Positions 1 to 13,734 of a stretch of DNA of 64,000 nucleotides are shown here, in pieces. Origin of the DNA: Octopus vulgaris (taxonomy: Eukaryota); NCBI GenBank assembly GCA_951406725.2, contig OX597840.1:5084001-5148000 (forward strand), in the 5' to 3' direction. The translations under genes and the position numbers were made by a program. The notes under the pieces were generated by a model that was not told the DNA's origin, searched no databases, and saw nothing but the letters and a program-made list of their open reading frames with translations. Numbering within the stretch: the first letter of the stretch is position 1; each line of letters starts with the position of its first letter.

Positions 1-1009
1 TCCCTCTTTCCCAAAGGCTATCATTACTTTCGCAACAGTACTTCTTGATACACCAAACATCTCAGCTGTTTTCATTACGCTAGCGCCTGCCATATGAGCA
101 CCAACAATTTGACTGCTTTGAAAGTCTGATAGATCTATCATTTTAATGAATTTTAATTACCTTTTTCTGATGATATCTGAAAAGAAACAGCAATTTTAGC
201 AAAAGATATTAAGCAACACTAATAATAAATAAAAAAACATGAAAATAAGCTTTTGTGGGTTTTATAGATATTTCAAAATTATGATGCTATGATGCTAGGT
301 GTTTCCATTATTTTGTCCAACCCCTGTACATATATATATGTGTCTGTGTGTGTGTGTTTATATATGTGTGTATATATGTGTGTGTGTGTATATATGTGTG
401 TGTATATATGTGCATGTGTGTATATATATGTATGTATGTAAATGCATATATATAGAAAAAGTGAAAGGGGTACAGTTAACTTGGCGTGAGGAGTAGAATA
501 TCCAATGTTTCAGATGCAATCCTTTGTCATGGGGTAGAGAAAAAGAGAAGTTGAAGAAAGACAGGCAGAGTTTTATATCCTCTCATATATATATCTGTGT
601 GTGTGCGTGTGCGTGTATACATACATACTTACATACATACATACATATATATATATAATTTACAAATTTTGTAAATTATTTATAAATTTTAATTTGTAAA
701 TTATTTATAAATTTAACCTTTAAAGGTATTTTTTGATATGCTGGCCATTGATAAAATTTTTTTCCCGAAAAAAATTTTATCCTCCTATTATTATATATAT
801 ATATATACATACACACACACATATATATTACTATGAAGCATTGTTTATTGTATAAAGGATTGTGGGTAAGGCCTGAACAATGCGAAGTAAATGCAAGGCA
901 AATCACAAGAAAACAAATATGTGAATTAATGTAGACTTACTTTGCATTCAATATTTCGGGGTTATGACCCCATTTTCAAGAAATTGATAAATGTTGCTAA
1001 TGTGCATGT

Positions 1010-1670
1010 GCTTAGCACTTCTTCACACAGCTGTCCTCACATGACCAAACTAGCACAGTCTTCTCTCTTGCACACAATACCTGATGCCTCTTATACCTTA
1101 AATCATTCACACTCTCTTGTGTTTGCGCACTGACACTACCCATCCAGCAGAGCATGCTGGCTTCATTTCTTTCAAGCTTTTGCAAGTCCTCTATAATCAA
1201 ATTCTATACTCTCTTTTACTTGTTTCAGTCATTTGACTGCGGCCATGCTGGAGCACCGCCTTTTAGTCGAGCAAATCGACCCCAGGACTTATTCTTTGTA
1301 AGCCTAGTACTTATCCTATCGGTCTCTTTTTGCCGAACCGCCAAGTGACGGGGATGTAAACACACCAGCATCGGTTGTCAAGCAATGCTAGGGGGACAAA
1401 CACAGACACACACACACACACATATATATATATACATATATACGACAGGCTTCTTTCAGTTTCCGTCTACCAAATCCACCCACAAGGCATTGGTCGGCCC
1501 GGGGCTATAGCAGAAGACACTTGCCCAAGATGCCACGCAGTGGGACTGAACCCGGAACCATGTGGTTGGTTAGCAAGCTACTTACCACACAGCCACTCCA
1601 TGCATGGAATTTCTACCAATGCCCTTCTAACATAGTGAGCAGGGTCATCTCCCTGAAAGGACCTATGCTT
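1010..1670 (-). mobile_element. RTE LINE RT C-terminal fragment, interrupted by SINE A
   Basis: LQKLERNEASMLCWMGSVS resembles the RTE motif LERxEMRMLRWMCGVS. Confidence 0.55.
1208..1600 (-). mobile_element. SINE A (tRNA-derived head, CORE-like centre, CR1-type tail)
   Basis: ggagtggctgtgtggtaag head, cttgggcaagtg centre, internal TA/TG repeat, agtaaaag tail. Confidence 0.85.
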
Positions 1671-1918
1671 TTTTTATTTTCTGACTCACTAGGACTTTGC
1701 ATACATATATATATATGTATAACTTCTGCTTGCCCAGGAGGGATGTTGCTTTGTAGAATTTAATTTTGGGCTTCTCTTTCTTATAACCCTGGCTGACCAA
1801 GACTGTATTCCTACATCCAGTTTATATGCCTCCTGCCAGCAGGTTTGACAAGTCACTTAAATTGCTAAGAGCATTGTAGGTGTGAAACCAATGGTAACTC
1901 TGACTAACCATAATCAAC

Positions 1919-2225
1919 TGGAGGCACATGGCCTAGAGATTAGAGCAGCGGACTCATGGTCGGGGGATCGTGGGTTCAAATCTCAGACGTGGCGATGTGT
2001 GTGTTTATGAATGAAACACCTAAGCTCCACGCGGCTCCGGCAGAAGGTAATGGCAAACTTCTGCTGACTCTTTCGTCACAACTTTCTCTCACTCTTTCCT
2101 CCTGTATCTTGCAGCTCACCTGCAATGGACCGGTGTCCTGTCTAGGTGGGGAACCTATACGCCAAGGAAACTGGGAAATCGGCTCTTATGAGCCAGGCAT
2201 GGCTTGAGAAGGAACAAACAACAAC
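1919..2225 (+). mobile_element. SINE C (tRNA head)
   Basis: A- and B-box-like head, aaacacctaagctccac body, (CAA)-like tail. Confidence 0.7.
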
Positions 2226-2397
2226 ATATAAATTATATATGTGTGTTGCGTCTGTTTGTGTCTGTGTTTGTGCCCCACCCCTACTTGACAACCGATGTTG
2301 GTGTGTTTATGGCCCACCCCCATAACTTAGCAGTTTGGCAAAGGAGACTTGGTAGAATAAGTACCTGGCTTATAAGAAAAAAAAAACAAAGTACTAG

Positions 2398-2561
2398 GTG
2401 TAGGAGTGGCTGTGTGGTAAGTAGCTTGTTTACCAACCACATGGTTCTGGGTACAGTCCCACTGCATGGCACCTTGGGCAAGTGTCTTCTACTATAGCCC
2501 CGGGCCGACCAAAGCCTTGTGAGTGGATTTGGTAGACGGAAACTGAAAGAAGCCTGTCGTA

Positions 2562-2627
<66 letters not shown>

Positions 2628-2840
2628 TGTGTGTGTCTGTGTTTGTCCCCCTAGCATTGCTTGACAACCGATGCTGGTGTGTTTATGTCCCCGTTACTTA
2701 GCGGTTCAGCAAAAGAGACTGATAGAATAAGTACTGGGCTTACAAAAGAATAAGTTCTGGGGTCGATTTGCTCGATTAAAGGCGGTGCTCCAGCATGGCC
2801 GCAGTCAAATGACTGAAACAAGTAAAAGAGTAAAGAGTAC
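2398..2840 (+). mobile_element. SINE A
   Basis: Full copy nested in an older relative. Confidence 0.85.
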
Positions 2841-3056
2841 TAGGATTGATTCGTTTGACTATAATTCTTCAAGATGATGCCCCAGCATGGCCACAACATG
2901 GCCGCGATCCAATGGCTGCAGTCCAATGACTGAAACAAACAAAATATAACATTAACAACAACAATGTAGGACATATTGTATAATGCAGTCTTTATCATTA
3001 ATCAAGTTAGTCTCATGACTGATGTAAATAAATATTCTTAAATCAATGCTTAAATC

Positions 3057-3396
3057 TACACAAGGCAGACAAAATTATGGCTAATTTTGTCACCTAATTA
3101 GGCACATGCCATAATATGATATATGTATGTGTGTGTGTTCACATGTTTGTATATATATATATATATATGTATGTATATATATATATGTGTGTGTGTGTGT
3201 ATAATACATATTCATATAAAAACAAACACGTGTATACATGTGTGTGTGTATGTGTGTGTGTATACATATGGACAATGATTTATAACATAAGGCAATATCT
3301 AAGGTATATTGCCTTATGTTAAAAATCATTGTCCATATGTATATACACACGCATGTATACAAATGTGTTTGTTTTTATATAAATATGTATTATACG

Positions 3397-3434
<38 letters not shown>

Positions 3435-3527
3435 CAAACATGTGAACACACACACATACATATATCATATTATGGCATGTGCCTAATTAAGTGACAAAAT
3501 TAGCCATAATTTTGTCTGCCTTGTGTA
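3057..3527. repeat. Long near-perfect inverted repeat (7 nt loop)
   Basis: Arms 3057-3298 and 3306-3527. Confidence 0.9.
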
Positions 3528-3844
3528 TATATGCTCCTCCTCCTCCTCCTCCTCCTCCTCCTCCTCCTCCTCCACCTCCCCCTCTTCCTCCTCCTCCTCA
3601 TCATTTAATGTCTGTTTACCATGCTGTCATGTGTTGGATGGTTTGACTAGAGCTGATAAGCTGGTGAGTTGCACCAGACTACGATATTGTTTCGGCTTGG
3701 TTTCTGTGGCTGAATGCCACTCACAAGGCTTTAGTTGGCCTGGGGTTATAGTAGAAGACACTTGCCCAAGATGCCATGCAGTGGGACTGAACCTGGAACC
3801 ATGTGGTTGCCACAGTCATACCTGTACTTATGTATGTATGTCAT

Positions 3845-4068
3845 TACTCTCTTTTACTCTTTTACTTGTTTCAGTCATTTGACTGTGGCTATGCTGGAGC
3901 ACCGCTTTTAGTCGAGCACATCGACCCCAGGACTTATTCTTTGTAAGCCTAGTTCTTATTCTATCAGTCTCTTTTGCCGAACTGCTAAGTTATGGGGACG
4001 TAAACACACCAGCATTGGTTAAGTGATGGTGGGGGGACAAACACAGACACACAAACATATACACACAC

Positions 4069-4119
<51 letters not shown>

Positions 4120-4290
4120 AACATACGACAGGCTTCTTTCACTTTCCGTCTACCAAATCCACTCTCAAGGCTTTGGTTGGCCTGAGGCTAGAGCAGGAGA
4201 CACTTGCCCAAGGTGCCATGCTGTGGGACTGAACCCGGAACCTTGTAGTTCATAAGCAAGCGACTTACCACACAGTCACTCCTACACCTA
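3845..4290 (-). mobile_element. SINE A
   Basis: Full copy. Confidence 0.85.
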
Positions 4291-5290
4291 TTATTCAGTT
4301 TTATCTCAAATTTTCTTGCCAATAGAGAAAGCCAGTTTTTAACCTAATTCCAAGGCTCCTTCATTGGAATTTCAACAACAACAACAGGGTATGTATGTAT
4401 GTATGTATGCATGTAAGTATGTATGTATGTATGTATATGTGCAGATTTGTATGTATGTATGTATTCTCATGCATATAGTTGCATATCTAGACATACTCAT
4501 ATATATTTAAATGATAAACTTCTGGAAAGTTTTACAGATTTTCACAGTTCCAGTGATGGATTGGATCTGTAGTCTTCAAATCAACTTCCTCTTTTCTGGT
4601 TTTGAAAACAAAGGTATTTAGGCAGTGTGTTACATATCCTAGTACCCCAATAATTACAGGTATAAATCTGGATCGAGTAGCTGTCGATTCCTCAATAGTT
4701 CTCTTTACTCTCTTTTACTCTTTTACTTGTTTCAGTCATTTGACTGTGGCCATGCTGGAGCACCACAATACTTCAGCATAGGTATTTTCTTTTGTGCTGG
4801 TCTTTAGCTTTATGTTAACATCCGCTGGGCAACTGATTTCTGTAACTCTACACACTTTCTCTTCTCTATCCCAAATCACTATGTCAGGTCTGTTATGCTT
4901 ACATTTTATTTAGGTTTTCACTGGGACATTCCACCAACATGAGTTGCTATGGCTTCTACCATAATGTAGGTTCCTATTTGTCCTCAGGATTATCCTTTCA
5001 ACAGATCTCATTATACAGTGTCATAGCTACAGTATCATGTCTCATCGGTAGATAATATCATGATGACATTTTCAGATAACTGCTTATGATGTGGGTGATA
5101 TCTTCAGTGTTAACTCTACAAAGTCTGCATCAGTTATCACATTTTGCTGCTTTTCCTGCATCTCTGTCCCTTTTGTGCATCAGGTATTTGGTTGATATTT
5201 CTAGTTATTGGATTGCAAATGCATGCCCGTCTGTGAGAGACTGCTTTGGTGACCAATGTTACTATCGTCCTGGTGCCTTCTACTAACATA
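4270..5290 (-). mobile_element. Decayed RLE-type non-LTR element (R4/Dong/NeSL-like), 3' part
   Basis: RHDTVA..LYNEIC, WWNVPV...CKHNRPDIVIWD and RFIPVIIGVLG motifs. Confidence 0.65.
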
Positions 5291-5484
5291 TTCATACATG
5301 GTCTTCTGATACTCACTCATCCTTTTATCTGATCATACAACGTGGTAGAATCGTACAACTTCTCGGCACAATTATTTAAAGTCATCAGACAAGGAATGTA
5401 TGTATGTATATATGTTTGTATGTTGGTATGTATGTATGAACATATGCATGTATGTATTTATGTACATATGTATGTGTATGTGTG

Positions 5485-5547
<63 letters not shown>

Positions 5548-5553
<6 letters not shown>

Positions 5554-5765
5554 GTTAATCCAAACATGAACAAAGAGAAAACACAACAATACGAGGACGT
5601 GGAATAAGTATAGTGTTATTGGACGCTCAGGAAGGAAGGGAAGAAGGAGGATTTAACGTTTTGAGTGGAGCTCTTCGTCAGAAACAGGAAAAGGAAAGAT
5701 CCAAGGAAGAGAAGATGGAGAAAGAAAATCGCCAACGATACACACGAGGTCACATATTGAATCAT
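5548..5765 (-). mobile_element. Short Penelope pLTR/retrozyme-like element with decayed minimal hammerhead (5651-5685)
   Basis: GTTT-CTGACGA-A-GAGC-tcc-ACTC-AAAA-CG-TT-AAAT, flanked by (TA)n. Confidence 0.45.
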
Positions 5766-5899
5766 ATATATGTATATATACATATATATGTAGATATATA
5801 TATATATATATATACAAAATAAAAAAATCTTAATTTATATATATATATATATATATGTACGTATATACATACAAACAGCAAGTGGTGTTCCATTGCTAG

Positions 5900-6612
5900 T
5901 AATAGTGGCCTTCTCTTGCTCAGATAGACACCCTTGCTAGTTATGCAGATGATACAAAAGTCTCTCAGATGATACAAAATCCTGTAAATATTGCACATCT
6001 GCAATGGGAGTTGGACGTAATATATAAGTTGGCTGAGGACAACAACATGCAGCTAAATATAAAATTCACAGTGGGACTTGAGGCAATCCAATGAAGCTGC
6101 ACTAAGAAAATCATCTCAGTGCAACATATCAGCTACTAGGAAACTGGTGTCCAAGACATTATTAAGTTTTATATCCTGGAGTGAGGGCAGGGGGGGTGTT
6201 CAGTGATGGAGAATCTTGGAGGGCCTTGTGCCTTACTTTGGCATTGAAGTTACTCAAACTGCAGTGCGGGGCACTGCCGCATGGTGCTGGGGATCCCAGC
6301 ATTGCTATCAAATTACAGGATCAGGTGCTGCAGCAGCTTGGGTTTCAGGGGCCCACAGCTCTTCAATATCCTTCCAAAATGTTTGGGAGACTTGCGTGGT
6401 GTAGATGTAGGTTTCTTTAAAGCAGATCTGGATCTCTTCCTGTCAGGGGGCTCTAGATGGGCCTGCCTTGTGGTGGGAGACACAGGGGAGGGCATTGGCC
6501 GGATGCCACATGTCAGAAGAGGTTTCAAATAATGGTGTAGCTCAGTTAACAGTGGTGCCCCAGCATGACCGCAGCTTTAAAGCTGAAACATTTTAAAGAA
6601 TTTAAAGAATTT
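5900..6612 (+). mobile_element. CR1/L2-group LINE, fragmented RT and 3' end
   Basis: YADDTKV at ~5942; SLGFRGPQLFNILPKCL...FFKADLDLFL; 3' tail ggtgccccagcatgaccgcagc with tttaaagaa repeats. Confidence 0.7.
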
Positions 6613-6662
6613 ATGTGTATATGTGTGTATATATATATATGTATATATGTGTGGGTCTATAA

Positions 6663-6706
<44 letters not shown>

Positions 6707-6711
<5 letters not shown>

Positions 6712-6940
6712 CTTTACTGCCCACAAGGGGCTAAACATTGAGGAGACAAACAAGAACAGACAAAGGGATTAAGTAGATTACATCGACCCCAGTGCGTAAC
6801 TGGTACTTAATTTATCGACCCCGAAAGGATGAAAGGCAAAGTCGACCTCGGCGGAATTTGAACTCAGAACGTAACGGCAGACGAAATACATCTATGCATA
6901 TTGCCCGGTGTGCTAACATTTCTGCCAGCTCACCGCCTTC
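6707..6940 (-). mobile_element. SINE B (tRNA-like head, Meta-domain-like centre)
   Basis: aaggcggtgagctggcag head, gactttgcctttcatcctttcggggtcgataaa centre, aaagaaata tail. Confidence 0.8.
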
Positions 6941-7223
6941 TATAAGTGTGTGTATATACGCCTTCTATATGTGTGTGTATATATATATACACACACACAC
7001 ACACATGATGCATGCATATGTATATATATGAGTGTGTGTGTGTGTGTATGTATATGCATATATAAATCATAAGCGACACTTCAGTGGGTCCATAATGTTT
7101 ATTTCCCTATATCAAATGGGTACTTATAATATCTACGATCATTTGTAATTCTTAGCTGTCACTTTATATTTACTTGTGCCCACACACCCCACACACCCCA
7201 CTCATAAACTCATATACATACAC

Positions 7224-7268
<45 letters not shown>

Positions 7269-7303
7269 CACATATCGTCACACATGTATATATTCACAAA
7301 CAG

Positions 7304-7356
<53 letters not shown>

Positions 7357-7711
7357 CGTAGATATGTATACACACACACACACTCACTCACACATTCATG
7401 TATGTACACACACACTCACTGTCGGTGAGTAACCCTTCAAAAGGTTTTCCTAATAACCAAGTACTTGTTGTCCACATTCTGTGCCTACCCCCCCCACCAC
7501 CACCTGAACCCCCTATGCCACCCTCCTCCTCCTGATATGTGTGTTGCCTTGGTTTGGGTACAAAGTCCATCTCTAGTCTTCTTTCTCACGCTAATTCTCT
7601 CTCTTACCTATTTTCATTCATTCTATATATTCTTTCTCTTTCACATTCCTGCCTTGACATTTTCTCTAAACACGTGTGTTTATATATCTATCTATATATA
7701 TATATATCTAT

Positions 7712-8276
7712 GTCAAGTCACTTTCGAGTGCTACTGGTAACATGTAACCCAGTACAACCTGTTGCATGGTCAGATCGTAGTTGACTAAACTGGCAACCCC
7801 ACCAAGTTTGCTTGGTGAGGAGGGTGTTTATTGGACACCCTGCGGGATGACAAACAAAATCCATCAAAGGGCGGAGGAACTCTTGAGAGTCAACGGCCAT
7901 CCAATAAATGTGTAATTTTTTTTTTTTTTCTTAAGGCTGTATCATGCATGGGGACATAGAAATAATTAGACTGAAAACTCAATCGCACAGTTAAACCATT
8001 GGGAGTGAAGGACTCCTAGCCTTTGTTAGGGCATCCTTCTAGGAGAAGGTAACTCAGGTAACTGGGATAACTCCAACATAAAACCTGCAGCTCAGTGATT
8101 ACCGATGATGTTGACTTGTTCTTCTTTTCGGATTATGGCTGCTGTTGCTTAGTGAGTGGGATTGACTCAGTGCACAGCCTTTCCTCACTTTAAAAATATC
8201 CTGTACAGGTATTGCACGATAACAACATTGATTAAGCTTCGTGCAATGGCCATACTCGATAACGAGGGGGCAGCCA

Positions 8277-8280
<4 letters not shown>
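7712..8280 (+). mobile_element. RTE-derived non-autonomous bipartite element
   Basis: RTE-like 5' region joined directly to a 3' tail identical to 11158-11200. Confidence 0.5.
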
Positions 8281-8356
<76 letters not shown>

Positions 8357-8369
8357 TACATCAAGATCA

Positions 8370-8725
8370 AAATGAAAATCAAATGGAATTTGTAGTTATG
8401 ATACCTGTGCCGGTGGTACGTAAAAAGCACCGTCCAAACATGGCCGATGTCAGCGCTACCTTCACTGGCTTCTGTACCAGTGGCACATAAAAAGCACCAA
8501 CCAATCGTGGACGTTGCCAGCCTCCTCTGGCCCCTGTGCCAGTGGCACGTAAAAAGCACCCACTACACTCATGGAGTGGTTGGCGTTAGGAAGGGTTTCC
8601 TACTGTAGAAACACTGCCAGATCAGACTGGAGCCTGGTGCAGCCTCCTGGCTTCCCAGACACCAGTCGAACCATCCAACCCATGCTAGTATGGAAAAACG
8701 GACGTTAAACGATGATGATGATGAT
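8370..8725 (+). mobile_element. SINE E (Deu/Nin-like ggcgttaggaagggcatcc domain, internal gtggcacgtaaaaagcacc repeats, (GAT)n tail)
   Basis: Related copies at ~3600, 9470, 23780, 44390, 54070, 55680 and 62950. Confidence 0.7.
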
Positions 8726-8864
8726 ATATACTTACATACATACATACTCATGTACTATTTTCATGTAATGCAGGTCCCGGGTTGATTCAACCACAGTACA
8801 TACATAGCAGAGTAAAATTAATTTATTATAGTACTATTTTCATGTAATGCATAATGTTTCTGAA

Positions 8865-8954
<90 letters not shown>

Positions 8955-8955
<1 letters not shown>

Positions 8956-9460
8956 TAGCAGTATCGCCCGGCGTTGCTCGGGTTTGTAAGGGAAATAACT
9001 ATATAAACATTTTTAGAGAGTTACTTCCCTTATAAATTCGGGCTTTCTTAGCCATTTTTATTTTGGTGTCTTCAAGCCATGAAGTCGTTGTTCTAAAAGA
9101 ACGCTGGTTTCCTTCACAACGCATTACGACGTTGATTTCTTTACACTCCCTTCCCCACAGCTTCACGATGGAGGGAAGGGGGAGAAGCAAACAGGTGCAG
9201 CTGTGAGCGTGGACGCCAACTCCGCCGCCATCGACATATGATGCATTTTATGCATTAAAATGGAATAAAAAATGATGTTAAATTATTTTTTAAATCGTAG
9301 ACTCATCGTTGACGCGCGCTAATAGTCAGACAGGCTCGATATGAATCACGACTATAAGATACCCGAATTTGGTTAAACTGCACCGCAAAATGTGGGAGGA
9401 GTTAGGAATCTAAATCGAAGGGGACAGACACTCACACAACTAGAGTTTTATATATATAGA
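8955..9460 (-). mobile_element. Non-autonomous Helitron
   Basis: 5' TC(TATA), 3' hairpin CCCGAGCAACGCCGGG plus CTAG, inserted at A|T. Confidence 0.7.
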
Positions 9461-9956
9461 TATATATATTGGCGTTAGGAAGGGCATCCAGCCGTAGAAA
9501 CACTGCCAGATCTGACTGGGCCTGACGAAGCCTTCCAGCTTCTTGGATCCCAGTTGACCCGTCCAACCCATGCTAGCATGGAAAGCGGACGCTAAATGAT
9601 GATGATGATGATGATGATGATATATATATATATATATATAATAAGAGTAAATAATAGCTTTAATGGTTTTTAAAAATACCAACAATTATTTACTGGTAGA
9701 ATTCGGTATGTAAATATAACCGATTAACGGTATGAACTTCTGTGAAGTTCAGTATATATATATTGTATATAAATAAAAGGGGCAGGCAACAGTTTGCTTG
9801 GCTGCATACCGAAAAAATTAGAAATAGCAGTCAAGACTGCTTATTTCTATTTTCTACAAATGGGACTCCATTTATTTATTCCTTCTGTTTTGCATATGTG
9901 AATTACAGGGATATGTTGTATGTGGAGTCCCATTTGTATATATATATATATATATA

Positions 9957-10327
9957 TCTATATATAAACGGCAGTTTGTCTGTGTGTGTTTCTGTGTGTC
10001 TGTCAGGTTGTACCCTCACCCTGACCACGGCTTTCAACCGATTCTGATGAAACTTGACACACACATAGCCCAATGTTATAATTCAAAACTAACGCAGCGA
10101 AAATTTTGAAAAGTTCCCTCAGTTCTGAAAAAAATCGATAAATTCGACATGGGGTCGACAATCAGAAACACAAACCACAGACTGTCTAGGGGACGCAACT
10201 CGACCTTTTTTAACTCTCAAAAAAAAATTTACCATCATTTTTTTTCCATTTTTTGGCTATAACTCTCTAAAAATGCTTTATAGTTATTTCCCTTACAAAC
10301 CTGAGCAACACCGGGCGATACTGCTAG
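9957..10327 (+). mobile_element. Non-autonomous Helitron
   Basis: A|TCTATATATAAA...CCTGAGCAACACCGGGCGATACTGCTAG|T. Confidence 0.7.
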
Positions 10328-10548
10328 TATATATATAATTGTTAAAGGGGATCTAAAATGTTGAGGCAGGGCAAACATCTCAAGACATATACATTATTAT
10401 TATTAGAAAAAAAATTCAAAGTCTCTTACAGTAGTTACCTAGTGTACCTAGTTCTTCAGATCACATGTGAGCTAAACCCCCATATTTTGTTTTATATAGA
10501 TAGATAGATATAGATATATGTGTGTGTGTGTATATATATATATATATA

Positions 10549-10970
10549 CAGGAGTGGCTGTGTGGTAAGTAGCTTGCTAACCAACCACATGGTTCCGGGT
10601 TCAGTCCCACTGCATGGCATCTTGGGCAAGTGTCTTCTACTATAGCCTCGGGCCGACCATAGCCTTGTGAGTGGATTTGGTTGATGGAAACTGAAAGAAG
10701 CCCGTCGTATATATGTATATATATATATATATATATGTGTGTGCGTATGTGTTTGTGTGTCTGTGTTTGTCCCCCTAGCATTGCTTGACAACCAATGCTG
10801 GTGTGTTTATGTCCCCCGTCACTTAGCGGTTGGGCAAAAGAGACCGATAGAATAAGTACTGGGCTTACAAAAGAATAAGTCCCGGGGTCGAGTTGCTCGA
10901 TTAAAAAAAAAGGTGGTGCTCCAGCATGGCCGCAGTCAAATGACTGAAACAAGTAAAAGAGTAAAAGAGA
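10549..10970 (+). mobile_element. SINE A
   Basis: Full copy. Confidence 0.85.
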
Positions 10971-10971
10971 A

Positions 10972-11202
10972 TATGACGTGTGGAAGAGAGTGTAATTTGG
11001 CAGGAGGACTTAAACGACATGCAAAGGTACATGAAGCCCAGATACAACTACAGCCGGCTATTACCGGTAAAGGTTTTAGTTGCCAATTCTGTACAAGACA
11101 TTGTAGATCTTTAGCTGGGCTAAAAAATCACATTCGATCACAGCACCAGTAACAGTTAAGCTTCGTGCAATGGCCATACTCGATAACGAGGGGGCAGCCA
11201 TA
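10972..11202 (+). mobile_element. RTE LINE 3' end with two C2H2-like knuckles
   Basis: CGRECNLAGGLKRHAKVH...[22 protein letters not shown], then a short 3' tail. Confidence 0.6.
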
Positions 11203-11252
11203 ATATATATATACATGTATATATATATATATACATGTATATTAATGTGTGA

Positions 11253-11296
<44 letters not shown>

Positions 11297-11373
11297 TATA
11301 TTGTTTGTGTGTATATATATTAGATATATATATATATGCACATATTAATGTGTTTACATACATGTATATTGAG

Positions 11374-11416
<43 letters not shown>

Positions 11417-12271
11417 AGTATATTAATGTGTGTCTGTATATAAATGTATGTATACACAGATATGCATATTTGTTTATATAGATACATTTGTATAAATATG
11501 CATGAAAAACGTATGTATACATTTGTATGTATGTATACCTTTTACTTGTATCAGACATTGCGCTAGGGCCACAACGGGGCCATAGTCCCAAACATCAGCT
11601 TAATAGTATTCAAAATAACAATTTAATAATGTTTTAAACATCACCTTCATAATGTATTGAACACAAGCATAATAATGTACTAGCTGAACTCTTAGTAGCA
11701 TATTGGTTGAGACAGAGGTCAGTAGGAGTCGATTGAGAGGGCATTTTGGAGTCTTGTGAAGTATGTTGTGCGAACCCATTAATTTTATCTCCGCATCATT
11801 AAATTATATATATCCAATATTTGTCAACGATATAAAACTTAATAATGTCTTGAACACCAGTTTAATATGTGTTAAGGTCATCTTTATAGATTTTCTATAG
11901 AAATTATAGCCACACTAATTTTGTTACGATGTTTCATATCCAATCTGTAAAGATGACCTAAACACACAATTTAAGAACACTGCTAACACAGAAGTACATG
12001 GTATTGATTTATAGAAACGTTTAATATACTTTGTAGTATATTAAGGTTGCATAACAAAATACTGTGCATCTATAAGTCAACGTTTTAATAATGTTCAAAT
12101 CATCAACTTAATAATGTCCCAAACACCATCTTAATAATGTCAAAAGTATATTCCTAAAAGATTCATTATTTTCAGGATTAATTGAAATAAAGTGTATTTT
12201 AACAGAAATATGGTAAGGAAGTGGTTAAAGTGAACCTTAGTGAAAAATTTCCTTTAAAAATTCCATATTCC

Positions 12272-12441
12272 ATAGGCGTCAGAGTGGCTGTGTGGTAAGT
12301 AACTTGCTTACCAACCACGTGGTTCTGGGTTCAGTCCCACTGCATGATACCTTGGGCAAGTGTCTTCTACTATAGCCTCAGGCTGACCAAAGCCTTGTGA
12401 GTGGATTTGGTAGACTGAAACTGAAAGAAGCCTGTTGTATG

Positions 12442-12480
<39 letters not shown>

Positions 12481-12616
12481 CTGTGTTTGTGCCCCCCAAT
12501 ATCGCTTGACAACCAATGCTGGTGTGTTTACGTCCCCATAACTTAGCGGTTCGGCAAAAGAGCCCGATAGAATAAGTACTAGGCTTACTAAGAATAAGTC
12601 CTGGGGTCGATTTGCT
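12272..12616 (+). mobile_element. SINE A, 3'-truncated
   Basis: Head and body match the family. Confidence 0.8.
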
Positions 12617-12805
12617 CTTTACTCTTTTACTTAGGTACTTAGGTACAATTCTGATGTCTACATGAAGCTACCAGAGACTGTGGTCAATCCTTAACTGGAG
12701 AGGGTTGCTGCTAGAAGGCCATATGTGTGGTAGTAGGATTCAGTTCCTTGCTATATCTCCAGAAAGGGTCAGAAGAAACCTGTGATTTCACCAGCCCCCA
12801 ATTTC

Positions 12806-13145
12806 TTATTTCTTTATTGTCCACAAGGGGCTAAACATAGAGGGGACAAACAAGGACAGACAAAGGGATTAAGTCGATTACATCAACCCCAGTGCGTAAC
12901 TGATACTTAATTTATCGACCCCGAAAGGATGAAAGGCAAAGATGACTTTGGCGGAATTTGAACTCAGAACATAACGGCAGATGAAATACCTATTTCTTTA
13001 CTACCCACAAGGGGCTAAACACAGAGGGGACAAACAAGGAAAGACAAAAGGATTAAGTCGATTACATCGACCCCAGTGCGTAACTGGTACTTAATTTATC
13101 GACCCCGAAAGGATGAAAGGCAAAGTCTACCTCAGCGGAATTTGA
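12806..13145 (-). mobile_element. SINE B dimer
   Basis: Junction gaaatacc|tatttctttac. Confidence 0.8.
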
Positions 13146-13248
13146 GATTCGTTAAAATAAGTACCAGTTTAATACTGGTGTTGATGTAATTGACTTAGCC
13201 CCATCCCTCAAAATTGCTGGCTTTGTGCCAAAATTTGAAACAGATACA

Positions 13249-13620
13249 CTCTCTTTTACTCTCTTTTACTTGTTTCAGTCATTTGACTGCGGCCATGCTG
13301 GAGCACCGCCTTTAATCGAGCAACTCAACCCCAGGACTTATTCTATCGGTCTCTTTTGCCAAACCGCTAAGTAACGGGGACATAAACACACCAGCATCGG
13401 TTGTCAAGCAATGCTAGGGGGACAAACACAGACACACAAACACACACACGCATATATATACATATATACGATGGGCTTCTTTCAGTTTCCGTCTACCAAA
13501 TCCACTCACAAGGCTTTGGTCTGCCCGAGGCTATAGTAGAAGACACTTGCCCAAGATGCCACGCAGTGGGACTGAACCTGGAATCATGTGGTTGTTTAGC
13601 AAGCTACTTACCACACAGCC
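13249..13620 (-). mobile_element. SINE A
   Basis: Near-full copy. Confidence 0.85.
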
Positions 13621-13734
13621 ATCATACTGTATAGATATATTGAAGGCAGTGGTTTAGTTGTTAGGATGTTGCACTCATAATCTTGCAATTGTGGTTTCAA
13701 TTCTTGGGTGGAGTATGTTGTGTTATTGAGCAAA

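Noticed and set aside
1375-1763. Recurring ORFs such as MSSNARGTNTD and [12 protein letters not shown]
   Set aside because: Translations of SINE A copies.
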